Assembly: GCA_965261395.1 (NCBI GenBank)
Contig: OZ253462.1
Location: 5,696,001-5,760,000 of the forward strand
Direction of reading: 5' to 3'
Length of the DNA: 64,000 nucleotides
Source of the DNA: Candidatus Latescibacterota bacterium
GTDB taxonomy: Bacteria > Latescibacterota > UBA2968 > UBA8231
Below the pieces are notes generated by a model. It ran no database searches and had not been told where the DNA came from. It worked only from the letters and a program-made list of their open reading frames with translations. How positions within the stretch are numbered: position 1 is the stretch's first letter; each line of letters opens with the position of its first letter. Made by a program: the position numbers and the translations under genes. Shown here one piece after another: positions 58,309-64,000 of this stretch.

Positions 58309-58722
58309 GTGATCGGGAGGCGCCAAAGCCGGGTTCCCCCGGAAATCCCCACGGCATCGATGGCGGATATCGCCTTTTTGTTGATCGTGTTCTTTCTCGT
58401 TACGACCACGATGAACCAAGACAAGGGCCTCTCATTGCATTTGCCGCCGGTGGGTGAGACTAAAGAAGTGCGAGAAAAGAATATTCTCAACGTGTGGATC
58501 AACGCCCGCGACCAGGTCGCCTTTTTTGAAAATGACCAGCTAACGCCGGTGCCGTTTGCCGAGCTCAAGGGGCACATTGAAGGGCGTCTGCGGGAAAACG
58601 AGAATTTGATCGTCTCACTAAAGACTGAGCGCGGGGCCACCTATCGGACCTTCGTCGATGTACTAGACGAGCTCAAACTGGCCGGTGCTACCAAAATCTC
58701 GATTGCCAATCCGGAAGAATAG
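58309..58722 (+). CDS. exbD: ExbD/TolR family protein
   Basis: IPTASMADIAFLLIVFFLVTT. Confidence 0.92.
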   Translation: MIGRRQSRVPPEIPTASMADIAFLLIVFFLVTTTMNQDKGLSLHLPPVGETKEVREKNILNVWINARDQVAFFENDQLTPVPFAELKGHIEGRLRENENLIVSLKTERGATYRTFVDVLDELKLAGATKISIANPEE

Positions 58723-58725
58723 CCG

Positions 58726-59136
58726 ATGAAATTCGCACGCAAAGCCAAAGTGGTCAGCGTCATTCCCACGGCCTCCATGGCCGATATATCCTTTCTGCTC
58801 CTCGTGTTTTTTATGGTCTCGACGGTTTTCGTGCGCTATAGGGGCGTGCCGGTGGAGCTGCCACAGGCCGAAAAAATTGAGAAGCTCGAAAGCCGCCGCA
58901 ACGTATTGCAGGTTTGGGTCAATAGCGAGGGGGTCGTCAATATCGAAGACCGGAACATACCGCTTTCCGAAGTGGGCAAAGTGGTGCATAGATACCTGAC
59001 GGCCAATCCTCGATTGATCATCTCGTTGCGGGGCGATAAGGATTCCGAGTTCGGGGTGATTTCCGATGTCATGGAGGAGTTGCGCAAAGTCGAGGCTCTG
59101 CGGGTCAATTTCTCCACCAAACGGGAGCTGAAATGA
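58726..59136 (+). CDS. exbD: ExbD/TolR family protein (second copy)
   Basis: IPTASMADISFLLLVFFMVST, LRGDK. Confidence 0.92.
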   Translation: MKFARKAKVVSVIPTASMADISFLLLVFFMVSTVFVRYRGVPVELPQAEKIEKLESRRNVLQVWVNSEGVVNIEDRNIPLSEVGKVVHRYLTANPRLIISLRGDKDSEFGVISDVMEELRKVEALRVNFSTKRELK

Positions 59137-59792
59137 TGATTCGCGGCAAACAGCCTGAAGCCAACCTACGGTTGACTTACCGGAAGACGTTATGGGCCTG
59201 CACGGGGCTTTCTACCATCTTGCACGCGGCCCTCTTCGGCCTCTTCCCCAGCTTCGAGCCCGACGCCTATGCCAGATCCGAAGAGCCGATTATCATTCAA
59301 CTCGAAGAAATCCCCGAGACTAAGCAAGAGCGTCGGCCCCCACCGCCGGCCCGGCCAGTAGTGCCTGTGCCTACCGACAACCCGGACGTTCCGGATGACG
59401 TGACCATTGAGGACACAGAGCTCGACTTAGGTCTCGACGATTTGGCACCACCGCCGCCGTTGGAGGAGGAGGTGGTTGAGGAAGTCGAATTAGAAGAGGA
59501 AGAGGAGATAGTCGAGTTGTGGCGGGTTGAGAAGAAGCCCGTGGTCATCAAACAAGTAGAGCCGCAGTATCCGGCTACCGCCCAGAAGGCCAACATCACC
59601 GGCAAGGTGTTCGTCACGGCGCTAGTCGGCAAAGACGGCAAGGTCGAGCAGATTGGCAAGGTCACGGGTCCCAAGGTCTTCCACGAGGTAGCCAAAGCCG
59701 CCGCTCTCCAGTGGGAGTTTACGCCGGCGATGCAAAATGATAGGCCCGTCAAGGTTTGGGTTAGCCTGCCCTTCGTCTTCAGGCTCAACTAA
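59133..59792 (+). CDS. tonB: Energy transducer TonB
   Basis: TM with S-x3-H (STILH), Pro/Glu-rich linker, PQYP..A...ITGKV, WEFTPA, PVKVWVSLPFVF. Confidence 0.9.
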   Translation: MMIRGKQPEANLRLTYRKTLWACTGLSTILHAALFGLFPSFEPDAYARSEEPIIIQLEEIPETKQERRPPPPARPVVPVPTDNPDVPDDVTIEDTELDLGLDDLAPPPPLEEEVVEEVELEEEEEIVELWRVEKKPVVIKQVEPQYPATAQKANITGKVFVTALVGKDGKVEQIGKVTGPKVFHEVAKAAALQWEFTPAMQNDRPVKVWVSLPFVFRLN

Positions 59793-59795
59793 TGA

Positions 59796-59824
59796 TTGCC
59801 ATATCCTTCTATTTTTCTTACATT
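59796..59824 (+). promoter_or_regulatory. Sigma70-type promoter for nrdR
   Basis: TTGCCA-N17-TACATT. Confidence 0.5.
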
Positions 59825-59903
59825 TAATCTTACTCTCCTTCCTGTACTCCCCGCATAAACACCGTCTGTCGTACTCTGAACAAACTGGTGGGAGGATTAG
59901 TCT

Positions 59904-60356
59904 ATGCGGTGTCCCTATTGCAATTGTGAAGAAGATCGGGTGGTAGATTCGCGGTCGTGCCGCGAAGGTATGGCGATCCGTCGTCGCCGCGAGTGCATAA
60001 GCTGTGCCAAGCGCTTCACAACCTATGAATACATCGAAAACGTGCCTCTATCCGTTATTAAGGCCGACGGCCGGCGCGAGCCTTTCGATCGCAGCAAACT
60101 GCTCGACAAGATACAGATAGCCTGCTACAAGACGACCATATCGGCCGAGGCGATTGAGCAGCTCGTTGATCAGGTCGAGGCCGAAGTGGGCAGTCTCAAC
60201 GTGAAGGAAATTCCCTCCAAACAGATCGGCGAGCGCGTCGTGGAGCATCTGCGCCAGCTCGACGATGTGGCGTATGTGCGTTTTGCCTCGGTCTATCGCC
60301 AGTTCAAAGACAAGAGCGATTTCATGCGCGAATTGGAGCAATTGGCCAACAGCTAA
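59904..60356 (+). CDS. nrdR: Transcriptional repressor NrdR
   Basis: MRCPYC...VVDSR...IRRRRECISC.KRFTTYE; ATP cone; AYVRFASVY. Confidence 0.97.
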   Translation: MRCPYCNCEEDRVVDSRSCREGMAIRRRRECISCAKRFTTYEYIENVPLSVIKADGRREPFDRSKLLDKIQIACYKTTISAEAIEQLVDQVEAEVGSLNVKEIPSKQIGERVVEHLRQLDDVAYVRFASVYRQFKDKSDFMRELEQLANS

Positions 60357-60428
60357 GAGGTCTGTGCTGTTTTTTTAGCGCATCGTAACCGGATTGAAAA
60401 GAAATTGCTCTGGACCAGATAATTTATC

Positions 60429-60505
60429 TTGACAGATAAATGCTCTGTTTCTAATTTAGACCCCAATATATTGTATCAGATAAGTGTATCTCCCTGAGAT
60501 AGTGT
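60429..60505 (+). promoter_or_regulatory. nrdJ promoter with NrdR boxes
   Basis: TTGACA-N17-TAATTT (60429-60457). CCCCAATATATTGTAT (60461-60476) fits the NrdR consensus acaCwAtATaTwGtgt. Degenerate second box at 60490-60505. Confidence 0.75.
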
Positions 60506-60549
60506 ATTTCAAGACTGCACTTTACTGTCTCCTTAGTTTTGTTCGTTCG

Positions 60550-60612
60550 GAACAATAGTTAAGCTAAGTTACTCCCCGAATCCGAACAGTAGTTAAGCTT
60601 ATAGTTAAGCTT
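60550..60612 (+). repeat. Three copies of TAGTTAAGCT in the nrdJ leader
   Basis: Copies at 60556, 60590 and 60602; the first two extend to GAACA(A/G)TAGTTAAGCT. Confidence 0.8.
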
Positions 60613-60681
60613 AAGGTTCTATTTCTGGCGATGTTCTAAACTTCGCCCATGGCTCTTTTTTGCTTCAATGGGAGTTTTGAA

Positions 60682-63030
60682 ATGGCGTCCGAAGGCGCAG
60701 TCGCACACCGCTTTGAAGATATGTTGGCGCAGCTCGAAGGTCACGGGCTCAAGCGCAACGGCCACGACGCTCTCTTGGTCCGCGCCGCTGATGCCGAAAC
60801 CTATTACGGGGACAACGACCTCGCCATCGACGTTTTGCGCAACAAGTACTTGGCACCCGGCGAGACCGGGCCGCTGCACATCTGGGACCGCATCGCCCGG
60901 GCCATGGCCTCGGTGGAGAAGGACCCCCAATACTGGTACGACCGTTTCTTCTCGCTGTTGATGGACTTCAAGTTCATCCCCGGCGGGCGCGTCATGCACG
61001 GCGCTGGCCGCGACGAGGCTAGGCGCAAGCCAACGCTGTCCAACTGCTATGTCATCCCCATCGAAGAGGATAGCCTAGAGGGCATCTATCGCTGTCTGAG
61101 CGAGTCAGCGATGGTGTATCGCACGGGTGGCGGCGTCGGCACGGACTTGTCGATTCTCAGGCCGCAGGGGGCCCCGGTCAACGCCACGGTGGATGCCTCG
61201 CCGGGTTGCACCGCCTTTATGAACCTGCTCTCCGAGAGCACCAACGCCGTCTCCCAAGCCGGCCGTCGCGGTGCCCTGATGCTGACTTTGCGGGTCGATC
61301 ATCCCGATATCGAAGACTTCATCACCATCAAGAACGACGCCAACCGCACCAAAGTGCAGTACGCTAACATCAGCGTGCTGATTACCCACGAGTTCATGCA
61401 GGCTGTATTGGCCGACTCGGACTTTGACTTGCGCTGGGATGGCAAGGTATTTCGCACGGTCAAGGCGCGCCAATTGTGGGACAAGATCATCGCCAATGCC
61501 CACGCCAGCGCCGAGCCGGGGCTTATTTTTTGGGACACGATGCGCGAGTATCACAACGTCGAATACGCCAATCCGCTCACTAGCACCAACCCCTGCGGCG
61601 AGCAGCCGCTGGCGTCGTACACGGCCTGCAACCTAGGCAATCTCAATTTGGTTAACTTCGTCCGTGCCGACGGCGAGCTCGACTACGAGGAGTTGGGGCA
61701 GGCCGCCCGCGTGGCGACCCGCTTTTTGGACAACGTCATTGATTACAACGTAGACAACCATGCCTTGCCCAAAATTCGGGAAGCCGTAGCCTCCGATCGC
61801 CGGGTGGGTTTAGGCATCACCGGCATGGCCGATGCGATGGTCTTGATGCAGAGTAAGTACGATTCGGACGAGGCCCTGGAAATCATCGACCGCATTATGG
61901 CCACTATCTGCCACAATGCCTATGAAATGTCCGTCGAGTTGGCCCGTGACAAGGGAGCCTTTCCGCTTTTCGACTGGGAGGGCATCAAGCAGAGCAAATT
62001 CATCCAGAGCCTACCTCAAGCGCTGCAAGAGAAAATCGCCGAGCACGGCCTGCGCAATTGCACCTTGATTACGATGCCGCCGGTGGGTACGGGTTCCATC
62101 GTGGCGCAGACGAGTTCGGGGATTGAGCCGATCTTCTGCACTAGCTACACCCGCCGGGTAAAGCAGGACGATGGCGAGAGTTTCCGCGAATACAAGGTCT
62201 ATCACCCGCTCATCCAGCGCGTCTTCGGCGGAGACGAGGACCTGCCCAATTACGTCGTGACGGCCCACGAAATCGACCCCTACTTCCGAGTCAAGATGCA
62301 GGGTGTGATCCAGAAGTACACCGATAGTAGCATTTCTTCGACTATCAATCTGCCCGAAGACATTGCTATAGAGACGGTCGCCGACATCTACATCACCGCG
62401 TACAAGGAGGGCCTCAAGGGCGTGACGGTGTACCGCGAGGGCAGCCGCGAGGGCATCCTGCAGACCGAGGGCCAATCCGACAAGAAAGAAGCCCCGGCTG
62501 CGGAGATCCCCGACTACATGGGGCCGGACGGCTTTCTCCACCGTCGCCGCCGCCCAGCGGTCACTGCGGGTATCACCGAGCGGATCAACACCGGCGAGGG
62601 CAAAATCTACGTCACAATTAACGAAGACGAGTACGGGATATGCGAAGTCTTCAGTACCATCGGCAAGTCTGGCGGCAACGCCGCAGCTCAGTCTGAGGCC
62701 ATCAGTCGGCTAATTTCGCTGGTGCTGAGTTCGGGGGTTGATCCTCAGGAAGTTATCAGCGAGTTGAAGGGCATTTCAGGTCCAAACCCGGTCTGGGAGA
62801 ACGGCGAGTTGATCCTGTCTACGCCCGATGCCATTGGCAAGGCGATGGAGCGCTATTTGCAGCGGAAGGCAGGCAAGCAGCTTGATGCTGTCGCCCCCGA
62901 GGACGTACCGTCCAGTTTTGTCGAGAGCAGCGAGCCGAAGACGCTGACTACCTGTCCAGAGTGCGGGTCGACGGTATCGTATGAAAGTAGCTGTCTGATG
63001 TGCAAGCACTGCGGGTGGTCTAAGTGTTGA
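60682..63030 (+). CDS. nrdJ: Class II (adenosylcobalamin) ribonucleotide reductase with TSCPD region and C-terminal Zn ribbon
   Basis: FIPGGR, LSNCY, GGGVG, GRRGALM, TNPCGEQPL, ACNLG, PVGT, ISSTIN, TVYREGSR, STPDAIG, CPECG...C..CGWSKC. Confidence 0.95.
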   Translation: MASEGAVAHRFEDMLAQLEGHGLKRNGHDALLVRAADAETYYGDNDLAIDVLRNKYLAPGETGPLHIWDRIARAMASVEKDPQYWYDRFFSLLMDFKFIPGGRVMHGAGRDEARRKPTLSNCYVIPIEEDSLEGIYRCLSESAMVYRTGGGVGTDLSILRPQGAPVNATVDASPGCTAFMNLLSESTNAVSQAGRRGALMLTLRVDHPDIEDFITIKNDANRTKVQYANISVLITHEFMQAVLADSDFDLRWDGKVFRTVKARQLWDKIIANAHASAEPGLIFWDTMREYHNVEYANPLTSTNPCGEQPLASYTACNLGNLNLVNFVRADGELDYEELGQAARVATRFLDNVIDYNVDNHALPKIREAVASDRRVGLGITGMADAMVLMQSKYDSDEALEIIDRIMATICHNAYEMSVELARDKGAFPLFDWEGIKQSKFIQSLPQALQEKIAEHGLRNCTLITMPPVGTGSIVAQTSSGIEPIFCTSYTRRVKQDDGESFREYKVYHPLIQRVFGGDEDLPNYVVTAHEIDPYFRVKMQGVIQKYTDSSISSTINLPEDIAIETVADIYITAYKEGLKGVTVYREGSREGILQTEGQSDKKEAPAAEIPDYMGPDGFLHRRRRPAVTAGITERINTGEGKIYVTINEDEYGICEVFSTIGKSGGNAAAQSEAISRLISLVLSSGVDPQEVISELKGISGPNPVWENGELILSTPDAIGKAMERYLQRKAGKQLDAVAPEDVPSSFVESSEPKTLTTCPECGSTVSYESSCLMCKHCGWSKC

Positions 63031-63060
63031 ACTAAAGCCGAACAGTGCTTTTTGATTGAG

Positions 63061-63102
63061 GCGAGGACGTCGTCGGGAGACCGGCGGCGTCCTCGTTTTT
63101 TT
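63061..63102 (+). terminator. Intrinsic terminator after nrdJ
   Basis: GCGAGGACGTCGTCGG-GAGA-CCGGCGGCGTCCTCGT followed by a T run. Confidence 0.85.
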
Positions 63103-63859
63103 ATTCCAACTCCAGCACCAATCCGTCGTAGGCGAGTTGTACGCTTGGGGGGAGTTCGGCATTGGTCTGATAGTGGTCGAGGTCGTGGGCTATATGCGTG
63201 AAGTAGGTGCGAGCGGGCTGGAGCTCGTCGGCGATGGCCAATGCCTGCTCGACGTTGAAATGAGTGGGATGTTCTTTGTGGCGCAGTGCGTCGAGGACCA
63301 AGACCTCTAGGCCGCGCAGCCGCGCCATGGCCGCCTCGGGGATGTAATTCGTGTCCGTGGCGTAGGCGAAGTTGCCGATGCGGAAGGCGAGGACCGGAGC
63401 GCGACCGTGATAGATGGTGAGCGGCTCGATGGCGATCCCACAGGCTGTGAACGGTCCGGCAATCGGACGCAGGGCAATCTGCGGCGTCGCGCTGGGGGCG
63501 TCTTTGTCAAAGGCGTAGTCGAAGACTCGTTCGATACGTGCAATGGTGTGCGGGTCCGCATAGCAGGGCAGCGGCTGGTCGCGGTCAAAGCAATAGGAAC
63601 GCACGTCGTCGAGGCCGTGCAGATGATCGGCGTGGCCGTGGGTCAATAGCACGCAATCGACTTGGTCGATCTGATAGCGCAAGGCTTGGGTTCTGAGATC
63701 TGGGCCGGTATCTACGAGGATTGACCGGCCTTGATGTGCTAGGTGTAAGGCGCAGCGCAAGCGCTTGTTTTTCGGGTCGTCCGAGGAGCAAACCGGGCAG
63801 TAGCAGCCGATGCGCGGCACCCCGATAGAGGTACCGGTGCCGAGGAAGGTGACTTTCAT
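63101..63859 (-). CDS. MBL-fold metallohydrolase (PhnP/YycJ-like)
   Basis: [48 protein letters not shown]. Confidence 0.92.
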   Translation of the reverse strand: MKVTFLGTGTSIGVPRIGCYCPVCSSDDPKNKRLRCALHLAHQGRSILVDTGPDLRTQALRYQIDQVDCVLLTHGHADHLHGLDDVRSYCFDRDQPLPCYADPHTIARIERVFDYAFDKDAPSATPQIALRPIAGPFTACGIAIEPLTIYHGRAPVLAFRIGNFAYATDTNYIPEAAMARLRGLEVLVLDALRHKEHPTHFNVEQALAIADELQPARTYFTHIAHDLDHYQTNAELPPSVQLAYDGLVLELE

Positions 63860-64000
63860 GCCGGTACGGCGGGCAGGGTCAGAATCCGCGGGCCGTCCTC
63901 AGTAATGGCGACGGTGTGCTCGGCGTGGGCGGCGAGCGAGCGGTCGGAGGTAAGGGTGGTCCAATCGTCGAGATGGTCGATTTGAGGGTCGCCTAGGCAG
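63856..64000 (-). CDS. map: C-terminal fragment of type I methionine aminopeptidase (runs off window end)
   Basis: Reverse frame reads ...[31 protein letters not shown]...; TGA overlaps the next ATG. Confidence 0.85.
   Translation of the reverse strand, partial: CLGDPQIDHLDDWTTLTSDRSLAAHAEHTVAITEDGPRILTLPAVPA

Noticed and set aside
60357-60681. Cobalamin riboswitch or mini-CRISPR in the nrdJ leader
   Set aside because: No B12-box recognised; the repeats are only 10-16 nt with irregular spacing and there are no cas genes

Overview
Bacterial chromosomal window with two halves. The gene repertoire (DUF6785-type transporters, ASPIC/UnbV proteins, FlgD-like C-termini, pheT-zapB-zapA-rny order) suggests an uncultured FCB-related diderm such as Latescibacterota; this is inference only. 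1-38 kb is accessory. It holds small-molecule catabolic or tailoring genes (aminotransferase end, HpcH aldolase, dipeptidase-like, two PhyH-family enzymes, two Gfo/Idh/MocA, amidohydrolase, CBM9-like). Two paralogous DUF6785-type membrane proteins bracket a visibly AT-richer envelope block. The core of that block is a minus-strand operon (23271->11407): promoter, a secreted DOMON/CBM9-like protein with a C-terminal 'TAVE..SWGNIK' tag, an intrinsic terminator, three paralogous secreted proteins ending in an 'FTPNGD..ND...Y' FlgD/T9SS-CTD-like domain, a 903-aa probable outer-membrane protein, and a double-parvulin lipoprotein. Three ASPIC/UnbV propellers and a TPR protein flank it. This is the best candidate for an undescribed secretion, surface-display or uptake system. 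38-64 kb is mostly housekeeping: pgsA-like, recN, xseBA, ymdB, rny, zapAB, pheST, rplT, rpmI, surE, Omp85-like, accD, TPR-exbB-exbD-exbD-tonB, nrdR-nrdJ, an MBL hydrolase and the end of map. No rRNA, tRNA, CRISPR array or transposase was recognised. All family calls are by motif recognition, not database search.
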